Below, in pieces: positions 10,737 through 21,220 of a stretch of DNA of 64,000 bases. Within the stretch, counting starts at the first letter, position 1; each line of letters opens with the position of its first letter. The position numbers and the translations under genes are program-made. The DNA is taken from assembly GCA_001941225.1 (NCBI GenBank), contig MSHM01000005.1, positions 106,491-170,490 of the forward strand, written 5' to 3'. The stretch comes from Oscillospiraceae bacterium Zagget12 (lineage in GTDB: Bacteria; Bacillota; Clostridia; UBA1381). The notes beneath the pieces were generated by a model that was not told the origin of the DNA, did not search any database, and was given only the letters and a program-made list of their open reading frames with translations.

Positions 10737-12830
10737 ATGGCAACTAAAAAGCTGTTGATAGTAGAGTCGCCCGCAAAAGCGGGGACGATAAAAAAATATC
10801 TTGGCAAGGACTATACGGTAATGGCATCGATGGGACATATAATCGATTTGCCAAAAAGTCAGATGGGCGTAGACCTTGAAAAGAACTTCACGCCGAAATA
10901 TGTAACGATAAGAGGCAAAGGCGAGCTGCTCGCGCAGCTCAAAAAGGAGGCTAAAAAAGCGGATATTGTCTATCTCGCGACCGACCCGGACCGCGAGGGA
11001 GAGGCTATAAGCTGGCATCTTGCCAACGCGCTTAAAATAGACCCGAAGTCAAATTGCCGCGTCACCTTTAACGAGATTACCAAAACAGCCGTAAAGGCGG
11101 CGATAAAGCAGCCGCGCCCTATAGATATGGACCTTGTGGACGCGCAGCAGGCAAGGCGCGTTCTTGACAGAATTGTGGGCTACACAATAAGTCCCATTCT
11201 CTGGGATAAGGTAAAGAGAGGACTTAGCGCCGGCAGGGTGCAGTCCGTGGCGACAAAGCTCATATGCGACCGCGAGGAGGAGATAGAAAACTTCGTGCCG
11301 CGTGAATATTGGTCGATAGAGACTCTGCTTACGGAGCCTAAATCAAAAAAGGATTTTATGGCGAAGTATTACGGCGAAAACGGCAAGGAAGTGACGCTTA
11401 ACAACGCACAGGAGGCAAAAGCGGTCAGCAATGACGTGAAAAACGCGGAATTCCTTGTTCAAAAGGTAAAACGCGGACAGCAAAAGCGTAACCCGCAGCC
11501 GCCGTTTACGACGAGTACGCTCCAACAGGACGCGTCAAAGAAATACAATTTCCAGGCGGCAAAGACGATGCAGATTGCTCAGACACTGTATGAGGGCGTC
11601 AACCTCGGCGGCAGGATAGGCACGATAGGTCTTATAACATATATGAGAACCGATTCCTTGAGAATCGCGGACGATGCTCAAAAAGAGGCGGTTGAGTATC
11701 TCACAAACACATACGGAAAGGAATATGTAAATCCCAAGCAGTATAAGACGAGGAAAAACGCGCAGGACGCGCACGAGGCAATACGTCCGACGTCGATAAA
11801 TATAGTGCCGATTAATATAAAGGATAAGCTCACAAACGACCAGTACAGACTGTATAAGCTTATATGGGAGCGCTTTGCGGCGAGCCAGATGTCAAGCGCG
11901 GTATATGACACTATGCAGGTTACGCTTGACGCGAACGGTCACACCTTTAAGGCGAGCGATTCAAGCGTCAGATTCAAGGGATATACAACGGTATACGAGG
12001 AGCCTGCCGATGAAAAGGAAAAGAAAAGCAAGTCGCTGCCGAATATTGAAGAAAACGAAAAGGTCAATCTTAAGAATATAGAGGAAAAGCAGCATTTCAC
12101 TCAGCCTCCCGCAAGATACAGCGACGCGACGCTGATTAAGGAGCTTGAGGAAAAGGGAATAGGCAGACCGTCCACATACGCGCCCACAATATCCACAATA
12201 GTGTCAAGAGGGTACGTGGTAAGGAGCAAAAAGCAGCTTGTTCCCACGGAGCTTGGCTTTGTGACAACCGATATAATGAAAAATAACTTCTCCGACATAG
12301 TTGACGTTGAATTTACCGCGGGTATGGAGCAGGAGCTTGACAGCGTCGAGGACGGCGCGACCGATTGGAAAAAGGTTTTAAACGAGTTTTATCCGCCGTT
12401 TAAGGAAAGCCTCGAGAGAGCGCAGGAAAATATAGAGAAAATAAAAATCAAGGACGAGGAATCGGACGTAATATGCGAGAAATGCGGCAGAAAAATGGTG
12501 TATAAGCTGAGCAAATTCGGCAACAAATTTCTCGCTTGCCCGGGTTATCCCGAGTGTAAAAACACAAAGTCAATCCGCGAGGAAACCGGCGTAAAGTGTC
12601 CGGAATGCGGCGGAGAAATTCTTGTAAAGAAATCGAGAAAGGGCAAGGTATATTACGGCTGCGAGCATTCGCCCAAATGCGGCTTTATGGTATGGGATAT
12701 GCCCGTAAAGGACGAGGTATGCCCAATCTGCGGCGGACTTCTTTTAAAGAAACAGGGCAAGAGAGGAAAAATATTCTGCAATAATGAGGATTGCAAATAC
12801 GAAAGAAAGCTAAAGGAAGAGGAAAAGTGA
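10737..12830 (+). CDS. topA: DNA topoisomerase I
   Basis: [32 protein letters not shown] (catalytic Tyr), three C-terminal zinc ribbons. Confidence 0.98.
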   Translation: MATKKLLIVESPAKAGTIKKYLGKDYTVMASMGHIIDLPKSQMGVDLEKNFTPKYVTIRGKGELLAQLKKEAKKADIVYLATDPDREGEAISWHLANALKIDPKSNCRVTFNEITKTAVKAAIKQPRPIDMDLVDAQQARRVLDRIVGYTISPILWDKVKRGLSAGRVQSVATKLICDREEEIENFVPREYWSIETLLTEPKSKKDFMAKYYGENGKEVTLNNAQEAKAVSNDVKNAEFLVQKVKRGQQKRNPQPPFTTSTLQQDASKKYNFQAAKTMQIAQTLYEGVNLGGRIGTIGLITYMRTDSLRIADDAQKEAVEYLTNTYGKEYVNPKQYKTRKNAQDAHEAIRPTSINIVPINIKDKLTNDQYRLYKLIWERFAASQMSSAVYDTMQVTLDANGHTFKASDSSVRFKGYTTVYEEPADEKEKKSKSLPNIEENEKVNLKNIEEKQHFTQPPARYSDATLIKELEEKGIGRPSTYAPTISTIVSRGYVVRSKKQLVPTELGFVTTDIMKNNFSDIVDVEFTAGMEQELDSVEDGATDWKKVLNEFYPPFKESLERAQENIEKIKIKDEESDVICEKCGRKMVYKLSKFGNKFLACPGYPECKNTKSIREETGVKCPECGGEILVKKSRKGKVYYGCEHSPKCGFMVWDMPVKDEVCPICGGLLLKKQGKRGKIFCNNEDCKYERKLKEEEK

Positions 12831-14140
12831 AAGTAAAGGTTATCGGAGCGGGACTTGCCGGCTGCGAGGCGGCATTGCAGCTTGCGCGGCGCGGTATAGC
12901 CGTGGAACTGTATGAAATGAAACCCGTAAAATATTCTCCGGCACATTCAAGCGAGAACTTTGCCGAGCTTGTCTGCTCCAATTCCCTAAAGGCGGACAGG
13001 ATAGAAAACGCCTGCGGACTTTTAAAGGAGGAAATGCGCCTGTTCGGCTCGATTATGATGGAGGCGGCGGATATAAGCCGCGTGCCGGCGGGAGGCGCGT
13101 TGGCGGTTGACCGTGACATTTTTTCGGGATATATAACCGATAAAATAAAATCCAATCCGCTTATAACGGTTGTAAGCGGCGAGGTAACTGAAATAAATCC
13201 GGACGAATATACCATAATCGCCACGGGACCGCTTACGTCGGACGCGCTTGCGGAGAACATAAAAAGCCTCACGGGTACGGATTCGCTGTATTTTTATGAC
13301 GCGGCGGCGCCTATCGTGACGGAGGAAAGCATAGACAAAAGCAAAACATTCAAGGCGGCGCGGTATGACAAGGGCACCGCGGACTATATAAATTGTCCTA
13401 TGACGCGCGAGGAATACACTGCCTTTTACAATGAGCTTGTAAGCGCGGAAACCGCGCCGCTCAAGAGCTTTGAAAATCAAAAGGTTTTCGAGGGCTGTAT
13501 GCCCGTTGAGGTAATGGCGAAAAGAGGAGAAAAGACGCTTGTTTTCGGACCCTTAAAGCCTGTCGGACTTGTGAATCCAAAAAACGGAAAGGACGATTCC
13601 TACGCCGTTGTGCAGCTGCGCCGCGACAATAAAGAGGGAACACTTTATAATCTTGTCGGATTTCAGACGAATTTGAAATGGGGCGAGCAAAAAAGAGTTT
13701 TTTCAATGATTCCGGGCCTGGAAAACGCCGAGTTTGTGCGCTACGGAGTAATACACAGGAATACATATATAAATTCGCCCGCCGCACTCGACAAATATTA
13801 TCGTATGAAAAAGTACCCGAAAATATTTTTCGCGGGACAGATAACGGGTGTTGAGGGATATGTCGAGTCCGCGTCAAGCGGAATATTGGCAGGCTGCAAT
13901 ATGGCGAAAATGCTGACGGGTAAGGATATGCTCGAGCCTGACGCGCGCACATGCATAGGCGCTCTGCCGCTCTATATTTCAAACGAGGCGAACACAAAAT
14001 TTCAACCGATGAACGCCAATTTCGGCATAATAGAGGGACTCGGCGAAAAAATAAGAAATAAAGCGGAACGCTATAATAAGATAGCCGTTCGCGCTTTAGA
14101 TATAATTAATAAACAAGTGAAAGGTGAGGTTTTATTATGA
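12827..14140 (+). CDS. trmFO: tRNA (uracil-5)-methyltransferase TrmFO (Gid)
   Basis: [13 protein letters not shown] motif, [20 protein letters not shown]; GTG start overlaps topA stop (GTGA). Confidence 0.96.
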   Translation: MKVKVIGAGLAGCEAALQLARRGIAVELYEMKPVKYSPAHSSENFAELVCSNSLKADRIENACGLLKEEMRLFGSIMMEAADISRVPAGGALAVDRDIFSGYITDKIKSNPLITVVSGEVTEINPDEYTIIATGPLTSDALAENIKSLTGTDSLYFYDAAAPIVTEESIDKSKTFKAARYDKGTADYINCPMTREEYTAFYNELVSAETAPLKSFENQKVFEGCMPVEVMAKRGEKTLVFGPLKPVGLVNPKNGKDDSYAVVQLRRDNKEGTLYNLVGFQTNLKWGEQKRVFSMIPGLENAEFVRYGVIHRNTYINSPAALDKYYRMKKYPKIFFAGQITGVEGYVESASSGILAGCNMAKMLTGKDMLEPDARTCIGALPLYISNEANTKFQPMNANFGIIEGLGEKIRNKAERYNKIAVRALDIINKQVKGEVLL

Positions 14141-14499
14141 AAAAGAAATCTGTATTGGCAATTATGGCGGCAATGGTTATCGGAGTGGGACTGCTTGCGG
14201 GCTGCGGCTCGGACACGTCAAAGGTAACGCCTACGTTTATGTATTTCGTGTCAAACAGCGACGCTGATTTTGAAGAAACAAACGCTATGATTGAGGAGCT
14301 TATGGACGAGTATGACGGCGATGTTAATTTTGATATTGTAAATATCGATGAAAACCCCGAGGCAACCGAGAATTTTCCTGTAGAGAACAATACTCCCGCG
14401 CTTATTATGCTCAATACCGATAACGATATTTCAGCGATTGAATTTCAGTGCAGCGATAAGGATACCCTTGCGGCTGATATAGAAAATGCGCTTGAGTAA
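14137..14499 (+). CDS. Acidic lipoprotein with thioredoxin-like fold but no CxxC
   Basis: Lipobox LLAGC; [40 protein letters not shown] parallels the Trx C-terminal half including a cis-Pro-type TP. Confidence 0.65.
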   Translation: MKKKSVLAIMAAMVIGVGLLAGCGSDTSKVTPTFMYFVSNSDADFEETNAMIEELMDEYDGDVNFDIVNIDENPEATENFPVENNTPALIMLNTDNDISAIEFQCSDKDTLAADIENALE

Positions 14500-14518
14500 A
14501 AACAAAAACTAAAATTTA

Positions 14519-14593
14519 AGGGACTGTAAAAACAGTTCGGAACCGGTTCAAACCGTGTTTTGATATATCCGAACTCTTTTGCGGTCCTTTTTT
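14519..14593 (+). terminator. Long imperfect inverted repeat / terminator after the dprA-topA-trmFO run
   Basis: AGGGACTGTAAAAACAGTTCGGA ... TCCGAACTCTTTTGCGGTCCTTT followed by Ts. Confidence 0.6.
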
Positions 14594-14623
14594 GCATAAT
14601 TAGCATTACTTTTTCAAAAACTA
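14594..14623 (+). promoter_or_regulatory. Putative forespore (sigG-type) promoter of gpr
   Basis: GCATA, 18 bp, AAAACTA; resembles sigG consensus GHATA-N17/18-CAWAHTA; similar element upstream of spoVAC. Confidence 0.45.
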
Positions 14624-14643
14624 AGCAAAAAGGAGATTTTATT

Positions 14644-15510
14644 ATGCAGAATATAAGAACCGACCTTGCGGTCGAGGCACACGAATTAAGCAAAAAACAG
14701 GCAAAAAGCGCATCGGAAATTGACGGAGTTGTATCCGAGGTGGAGGAAAGGGACGGCGTAACCGTAACGCGCGTTGAAATAACGAATGAAAACGGCAGTA
14801 AGCGGCTCGGAAAGGCTGTAGGCAAATGCATCACAATAGACGCGCCGAATTTGAAATACAGCCTTGAAATATATGAAAGCGTATGTGAAATCATAGCCGA
14901 GGAAATCCGTAAAATGTCCGATATAAGCGCGGACTCTCTCACTCTTGTTGTAGGACTGGGCAACCGCGAAATAACGCTGGACGCGCTCGGCACAAGCGTT
15001 GTTTCAAAGCTGCTTGTAACGCATCACATAAAGCAGAATATGAGCGATTTTTTCAGCGACAATATAAGCGGCGTATGCGCGATTGCACCGGGTGTTTTGG
15101 GTACAACGGGAATTGAAACGGCTGATATAATAAAGGCTGTTACGGAAAAGGTAAAGCCGCGCCTTATAATAGCTGTGGACGCTCTCGCCGCGGCGGATAT
15201 ACGTCGCGTGAGCAACACAATACAAATTTCGGATACCGGTATACAGCCGGGAGCGGGCGTGGGCAATAACCGCGCCGGACTTAACGAGGAAAGCACCGGA
15301 GTAAAGGTAATAGCGATAGGCGTACCCACCGTAATAGACGCATCCACAATATCCAAGGTGGAAATTCCGCGTGAAATGGCTCCGCTTATGGTTACAACAA
15401 AGGATATAGACCTTGTCATAGAGCGCGCGTCCAAAACCGTTGCCAACGGAATCAATCTCGCGCTCCACCGTGATATGACACTGCGCGATGTGGAAAGCTA
15501 TGTTGGGTGA
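14644..15510 (+). CDS. gpr: Spore germination protease GPR
   Basis: IRTDLAVEA N-terminus, VVGLGNREITLDALG, APGVLGTTGIET, IAVDALAA, IGVPTV; AGGAG RBS. Confidence 0.95.
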   Translation: MQNIRTDLAVEAHELSKKQAKSASEIDGVVSEVEERDGVTVTRVEITNENGSKRLGKAVGKCITIDAPNLKYSLEIYESVCEIIAEEIRKMSDISADSLTLVVGLGNREITLDALGTSVVSKLLVTHHIKQNMSDFFSDNISGVCAIAPGVLGTTGIETADIIKAVTEKVKPRLIIAVDALAAADIRRVSNTIQISDTGIQPGAGVGNNRAGLNEESTGVKVIAIGVPTVIDASTISKVEIPREMAPLMVTTKDIDLVIERASKTVANGINLALHRDMTLRDVESYVG

Positions 15511-15539
15511 TTGACATATTCCTTATTTTGGAGTAAAAT
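15511..15539 (+). promoter_or_regulatory. sigma-A-type promoter of the M16 peptidase pair
   Basis: TTGACA, 17 bp, TAAAAT. Confidence 0.7.
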
Positions 15540-15572
15540 ATGTATAACACTAATAAGTAAAGGAGAATATGA

Positions 15573-16829
15573 ATGGACGGTTTAAAAATAAATTCAAACA
15601 TAAATCTGTATTATATACCGATGACCAAGCTGAAAACCACAACAATCGGCATATATATTCATAGGGAGCTGAAAGAGGACGAGGTGTCAAAAAACGCGGT
15701 GCTGCCGTATGTCCTAAAGCGCGGCTGCAAGCTATGTCCGGACAGCGCCAAAATTGCGGAATATCTCGAAAATCTTTACGGAGCGTCCTTCGGCGCAAGC
15801 GTTTTAAAACGCGGAGACGACCAGATTATATATTTCGGATTTGAAACAATTTCCGATAAGTACGCGCCGAACGGTGAAAAGCTTGCCGGTTCGGTGGCAA
15901 AGCTTATGATGTCGGTTATATTTGAGCCGACCGCGTTCGAGGACGATATTATAGGACAGGAAAAGAAGAACGCCAAGGACAGAATAATGGCGGCGATGAA
16001 TGATAAGCGTCAGTACGCGACGATACGATGCGCCGAGGAAATGTGCGCCGGCGACAGGTTTGCTCTCCGCGCGCTCGGAACCTCAGAGGGAGTGGACGCC
16101 GTGACGGCGGACGGACTTAAGGCTCATTATGAAAATATAATAACCTCGTCCGCTATAGATATATACGTCTGCGGAGATGCCGATATAAACGCGTTGTCGG
16201 AGGAAATAAAGAAGTATACGGATAAAATCGTGTTCGAGGAGGCAAATATCCCGAAATCCAAGCTTTTTGAAAGCAAGGGCGCGGTTAAAAACGTGACAGA
16301 CCATATGGACGTGGTGCAGGGAAAGCTTTGTATGGGATTTAAAACGGGAATAAGCGCGGGCAGTCCCGATTATACAGCGCTTACGGTTATGAACAGTGTA
16401 TACGGCGCCGGAGCGCACTCAAAGCTCTTTAATAACGTGCGCGAAAAGCTCAGCCTGTGCTATTACGCGTCAAGCAATCTTGTAAAGGATAAGGGCATTA
16501 TGTTTGTAAACGCTGGAATTGAATTTAAGAATTTCCAAAAGGCGTATGATGAAATTCTCGCGCAGCTTGAAACGGTCAAAAACGGCGAAATATCCGAGCT
16601 TGAATTTACATCGAGCATAAACGCGGTAATTAACGAGCTGGAATCCTATAGGGACGATCAGCACCTTATGCAGATGTTTTGCCTCGGACAAAAAATCGCG
16701 GGAACGAATTACAGCATAGATGAGCTTAAGGAAAAGACGAGCAAGGTCACTATTGAGGATATAAAGAATGTCGCGGCAAAGACAGAGCTTGACACCGTAT
16801 ATTTCCTTGCGGGGAAGGAGGAAGAATAA
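15573..16829 (+). CDS. M16 peptidase family, non-catalytic subunit (YmfF-like)
   Basis: No HxxEH; HSKLFNNVREKLSLCYY motif; abuts the active partner. Confidence 0.85.
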   Translation: MDGLKINSNINLYYIPMTKLKTTTIGIYIHRELKEDEVSKNAVLPYVLKRGCKLCPDSAKIAEYLENLYGASFGASVLKRGDDQIIYFGFETISDKYAPNGEKLAGSVAKLMMSVIFEPTAFEDDIIGQEKKNAKDRIMAAMNDKRQYATIRCAEEMCAGDRFALRALGTSEGVDAVTADGLKAHYENIITSSAIDIYVCGDADINALSEEIKKYTDKIVFEEANIPKSKLFESKGAVKNVTDHMDVVQGKLCMGFKTGISAGSPDYTALTVMNSVYGAGAHSKLFNNVREKLSLCYYASSNLVKDKGIMFVNAGIEFKNFQKAYDEILAQLETVKNGEISELEFTSSINAVINELESYRDDQHLMQMFCLGQKIAGTNYSIDELKEKTSKVTIEDIKNVAAKTELDTVYFLAGKEEE

Positions 16830-18119
16830 ATGGAATTGAATTATGTAAAGAGTGACGCAACCGGCGAGGAAATGTATTACGGCAAACATTCATCGGGTTT
16901 GGGAGTGTATATAATACCCAAAAAGGATTACAGCAAGACATACGCCATTTTCGGTACAAAATACGGCAGTGTCGATTCAAAATTTGTTGTTCCGGGTGAA
17001 AAAGAGCTTACGGATGTGCCGGACGGTATCGCGCATTATCTTGAGCATAAAATGTTCGACCAGCCGGACGGCAGCAATGTGTTTGATAAGTTTTCAAAAT
17101 ACGGCGGCAATGCCAACGCGTTTACGTCTTTTAATATGACGGCGTATCTGTTTTCGGCTACGGCAAATGTGGAGGAAAATCTCGAAACGCTTATGGATTA
17201 TGTGCAAAGTCCTTATTTTACCGAGGAAAGCGTGCAAAAGGAGCAGGGAATAATCGGGCAGGAAATAAGAATGTATGACGATAACGGAAATTGGAAATTG
17301 TTTTTCAATCTTTTAAACTGCCTTTATCAGAAACAACCTGTAAAAAAGGAAATCGCCGGCACGGTTGAGAGCATAAGCCATATCACGGCGGACTATTTGT
17401 ATAAATGCTATAATACATTTTACAATCTGTCGAATATGTCCATAGTTGTTGTGGGAAATGTGGATCCGACAGGAATTGCAAAGATTATAGAAAACGGCGT
17501 CAAGAAAAACGAGCCGTTCGATGAGGAAATAAAAAAGGTTTATCCAGAGGAGCCGAAAGAAATAGCAAAAAGCTACGCAGAGCAGAATATGAGCGTGGCA
17601 AGCCCGTTGTTTATGATAGGATTTAAGGACACGGACACGGGATACGGCGGTGAAAGGCTTTTGAAGAAGTGGATTGAAATCAATATATTGCTGAGAATGC
17701 TTTTCGGAAAAAGCTCCGCTCTGTATAAGGATTTATATGAAAAGGGACTTATAAACAACACGTTTTCTTTTGAATACACTATGCAGCCGTCATACGGATA
17801 TTCCTCGGTTGACGGTGAAAGCCGCGACCCTAAGGCGGTATATGATGCGGTTATCGCGGAAATAGAAAAAACGCGCGAAAAAGGCTTGTCAAAGGAAACC
17901 TTTGAACGAATAAAAAAGGTAATATGGGGCAATTATATCCGCTCGCTCAACGACGTTGAGGATTATGCCTGCACATTTTTGCAGATGCTGTTTATGGATA
18001 TTGATTACTTCAATTTCATAGACGCGTATAACAGCGTAACATTCGAGGATTTGCAAAAACGTTTCGACGAGCATTTTGTAAAGGAACGCTCCGCGCTGTC
18101 GGTTGTAAACCCGTCTTAA
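16830..18119 (+). CDS. M16 zinc peptidase, catalytic subunit (YmfH-like)
   Basis: PDGIAHYLEHKMF (HxxEH), ANAFTS, KEQGIIGQEI. Confidence 0.9.
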   Translation: MELNYVKSDATGEEMYYGKHSSGLGVYIIPKKDYSKTYAIFGTKYGSVDSKFVVPGEKELTDVPDGIAHYLEHKMFDQPDGSNVFDKFSKYGGNANAFTSFNMTAYLFSATANVEENLETLMDYVQSPYFTEESVQKEQGIIGQEIRMYDDNGNWKLFFNLLNCLYQKQPVKKEIAGTVESISHITADYLYKCYNTFYNLSNMSIVVVGNVDPTGIAKIIENGVKKNEPFDEEIKKVYPEEPKEIAKSYAEQNMSVASPLFMIGFKDTDTGYGGERLLKKWIEINILLRMLFGKSSALYKDLYEKGLINNTFSFEYTMQPSYGYSSVDGESRDPKAVYDAVIAEIEKTREKGLSKETFERIKKVIWGNYIRSLNDVEDYACTFLQMLFMDIDYFNFIDAYNSVTFEDLQKRFDEHFVKERSALSVVNPS

Positions 18120-18135
18120 ACGATTTATTTCACGC

Positions 18136-18166
18136 AAAAGAGCTGCCCTGCGGCAGCTCTTTTTTT
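18136..18166. terminator. Bidirectional terminator between the peptidase pair and spoVAC
   Basis: AAAAGAGCTGCC-CTGC-GGCAGCTCTTTTTT. Confidence 0.8.
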
Positions 18167-18187
18167 GATAATACGGCAAGCATATTG

Positions 18188-18637
18188 TTAAAACAAGCTC
18201 ATAATAAAATATACAATTCCGGCAATCCACGAGGCAAAAATGCCGTAGAGTATAACCGGACCCGCTATTGTAAAAATCTTAGCGCCTACGCCGAGCACCA
18301 TACCTTCGGTTTTAGCCTCAAGCGCGGGCGACACTACGGAATTGGCAAATCCCGTTATAGGCACCACGGTTCCCGCGCCCGCGAATTTAGCGATTTTCGG
18401 ATAAATATTAAGTCCCGTCAGCAGCGCGCCTAAAAATATAAGAACTATTGATGTTGCCGTGCCCGCCGATTCCTCGTCCAGACCGCACTTTTTAAATACC
18501 GTCAGAATACACTGACCTATAACGCATATAATTCCGCCCGAAACAAACGCCTTGACGCAGTTTGAAAACAGATGTGAATTAGGCGTTTTCTTTTTTACAT
18601 ATTCACCGTATTCCTTGTTAGTCATTTCATATTTCAT
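18188..18637 (-). CDS. spoVAC: Stage V sporulation protein AC
   Basis: AFVSGGIICVIGQ, FAGAGTVVPITGFANSVVS, GVGAKIFTIAGPVILYG. Confidence 0.92.
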   Translation of the reverse strand: MKYEMTNKEYGEYVKKKTPNSHLFSNCVKAFVSGGIICVIGQCILTVFKKCGLDEESAGTATSIVLIFLGALLTGLNIYPKIAKFAGAGTVVPITGFANSVVSPALEAKTEGMVLGVGAKIFTIAGPVILYGIFASWIAGIVYFIMSLF

Positions 18638-18744
18638 AGTATATCTCCTGTTTTGACGCTTTTTTTATTTAGTTTTTCAAAATAGCGGTAAAGTATTCTG
18701 ATTGTGAACAAAAAATTAATTTTGCAAAAATTCGCGTCAATAGG

Positions 18745-18773
18745 TTGAATTTTGCGCGGTTTTGATATATACT
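18745..18773 (+). promoter_or_regulatory. sigma-A-type promoter
   Basis: TTGAAT, 17 bp, TATACT. Confidence 0.55.
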
Positions 18774-18812
18774 TAATTTGTACATATATTTTTACGGAGG
18801 CAATGGATAAAT

Positions 18813-19670
18813 ATGTTCGGCTATGTCACCATATGCAAGAGCGCGCTCAGCGAGCGTGGATATAATACGTTTAAGGCGTATTACTGCGGCTTGTGCAAGG
18901 CGATAGGCAAACGCTCATCGCAAAGCGCCCGTATGGGACTGAGCTATGATATAACGTTTCTCGCGATGGTGCTGTCATCTGTCGGAGAGGAAGAAACTCA
19001 AACGCGAAGTATAAAATGCCTTTTACACCCGACGCGCAAAAATATTTGTGTGGAAAACGACAGGGCAGTCGATTATGCGGCGGATATGGGCATTATATTG
19101 AGCTATCTTAAACTGCTTGACGATTGGCACGACGACAGAAGTATAAAGGCACTGTTTTCAATGGCGCTTTTTTACAGAGGCGTAAAAAAAACAAGGACGC
19201 GCTATCCGGAAATATATGACGGCATACGAAAGTGCCTTTCCGATTTGAGCGCTCTTGAAAAAGGAAATTGCGGAGAGATAGACGAAACCGCCGATTGCTT
19301 TGCTAAGATACTTGAAATTTTATTCACACCCGATTTTATCGAGGATAAGGACACAAAGCGCGTTTTGGCTTGGCTGGGTTATAACATAGGCAGGTGGATT
19401 TATATTATAGACGCCTATAACGATTTGGAAAAGGACATAAAGAAAAAGAACTATAACACCCTTGCGCGCGGAGGCAAAACAGCGGAGGAAATAAAAACGC
19501 GGATAAGAGATAAATTAGAAATGTCTATGACGCTCACTCTCGAAAATGCGGCGTCCGCATATGATTTGCTCACGCCACATAGGAATAAAGAGGTTTTGGA
19601 TAATATTATGTATACCGCCCTAAAGGCGAAACAGAAACACATTTTAGGAGAAAAGAATGAATCCCTATGA
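18813..19670 (+). CDS. DUF5685-family protein
   Basis: MFGYV...YYCGLCK...LSYDITFL...KLLDDWHD...GRWIYIIDAYND pattern recalled for this family. Confidence 0.8.
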   Translation: MFGYVTICKSALSERGYNTFKAYYCGLCKAIGKRSSQSARMGLSYDITFLAMVLSSVGEEETQTRSIKCLLHPTRKNICVENDRAVDYAADMGIILSYLKLLDDWHDDRSIKALFSMALFYRGVKKTRTRYPEIYDGIRKCLSDLSALEKGNCGEIDETADCFAKILEILFTPDFIEDKDTKRVLAWLGYNIGRWIYIIDAYNDLEKDIKKKNYNTLARGGKTAEEIKTRIRDKLEMSMTLTLENAASAYDLLTPHRNKEVLDNIMYTALKAKQKHILGEKNESL

Positions 19671-20232
19671 AGTATTGGGCGTCAGCGAGGACGCCGATGA
19701 GGAAACAATAAAAAAAGCGTACAGAGAGCTTGTCAAGAAATACCACCCCGATAAGTATGTGAATAATCCTCTTGCCGACCTTGCCGGTGAGAAACTTAAG
19801 GAAATCAACAAGGCATACGATATGATAATGAATAAAAACACGCAAGCGGCTCCGACGGGCGCGCCCTCCTACGGCGCGGGAAGAACAAACGGCGCGGCGA
19901 GCTTTCAAAATGTGCGTATTTTAATATCGCAGTCGCGTATAAGCGAGGCGATTGCAATGCTTGAATCGCTGCCGAGAACGGCGGAGTGGTATTACCTTTC
20001 CGGACGCGCAAGAATGCAGGTGGGTTGGTATGACCAGGCTATAAGCTTTTTGCAGACTGCGGTTAATATGGATCCCGATAATATCGAATACCGCGACGCG
20101 CTTGAAAATATAAAAAACAGAAACAGAACATATACAACCTACACCTCATCTTCGGGGAATGCGGGCTGCTGCAACCCTTTAGGCTGCTGCACAGCTTGTA
20201 TGTTAGCGGACTGTATATGCCCTTGTTTTTAA
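19657..20232 (+). CDS. J-domain protein with TPR-like helices and Cys-rich C-terminus
   Basis: NPYEVLG...KKYHPD; AEWYYLSG...AVNMDPDN; tail CCNPLGCCTACMLADCICPCF. Confidence 0.88.
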   Translation: MNPYEVLGVSEDADEETIKKAYRELVKKYHPDKYVNNPLADLAGEKLKEINKAYDMIMNKNTQAAPTGAPSYGAGRTNGAASFQNVRILISQSRISEAIAMLESLPRTAEWYYLSGRARMQVGWYDQAISFLQTAVNMDPDNIEYRDALENIKNRNRTYTTYTSSSGNAGCCNPLGCCTACMLADCICPCF

Positions 20233-20248
20233 AGATAGGAGAAAGTAA

Positions 20249-21220
20249 ATGAGTAAAGAAAATCATATAACGTCAATAGGCGGACAGGCGGTAATGGAGG
20301 GCGTAATGATGCGCGGTCCCTTTAAAACCACCGTTGCCGTAAGAAAGCCGGACGGAGAGATAGAACGCAAAATTGACGAAAACGGAACAAAAACAAGAAA
20401 CGCGTTTTTCCGTCTTCCTCTTGTGAGAGGGTGCGTTAATTTTATTGACAGCCTTGTTATCGGAATGAAAGCACTTATGTACAGCGCGGAATTTGTGGAC
20501 ATAGAGGGTGACGAGGAGGAAACGGAAAGCAAATTTGACAAATGGCTTGACGATAAATTCGGCGACAAGATAAAGGATATAGTAATTTACGTGTCAATAG
20601 CAATATCGCTTGTGTTCAGCGTCGCGCTGTTTATGATATTGCCCACGTTTCTCACAAAGGGCGCGGAAAAGATAGGCTCGCTTATTCCTATGGTATCCGT
20701 CGTCACCGATACGCATTTGTTCACAAGCCTTTTCGAGGGCATTGTGAGAATGGCGATATTCATAGCGTATCTCGCGATAGTGTCGCATATGAGCGATATA
20801 AAGCGCGTTTACCAATACCACGGCGCGGAGCATAAAACAATAGCCTGCTACGAGGCGGGCGAGGAGCTTACAGTGGAGAATATAAAAAAGTATACCCGTT
20901 TCCACCCAAGATGCGGAACGAGCTTTTTGCTCTTTGTAATGATAGTGAGTATTTTGCTTTTTGCGCTATTGCCGAGAGTTGATATGGTAATTTTAAGAGT
21001 GCTTATGCGCCTTGCGCTTTTGCCCGTGGTGGCGGGAATTTCATACGAGATAATAAAGCTCGCGGGACGCAGTAAATCAAAATGCGTCGCTTGGCTCTCA
21101 AAGCCGGGACTTTGGATGCAAAGGCTTACCACGGAGGAACCGGACGAATCACAAATAGAGGTGGCAATCGCGTCAATGGAGCCGTGTATACCCGAGAATA
21201 AAGAGGACGACAGATGGTAA
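20249..21220 (+). CDS. DUF1385-family membrane protein
   Basis: IGGQAVMEGVMM, YHGAEHK, HPRCGTSF, PGLWMQRLTTEEPD; usual neighbour of prmC. Confidence 0.9.
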   Translation: MSKENHITSIGGQAVMEGVMMRGPFKTTVAVRKPDGEIERKIDENGTKTRNAFFRLPLVRGCVNFIDSLVIGMKALMYSAEFVDIEGDEEETESKFDKWLDDKFGDKIKDIVIYVSIAISLVFSVALFMILPTFLTKGAEKIGSLIPMVSVVTDTHLFTSLFEGIVRMAIFIAYLAIVSHMSDIKRVYQYHGAEHKTIACYEAGEELTVENIKKYTRFHPRCGTSFLLFVMIVSILLFALLPRVDMVILRVLMRLALLPVVAGISYEIIKLAGRSKSKCVAWLSKPGLWMQRLTTEEPDESQIEVAIASMEPCIPENKEDDRW

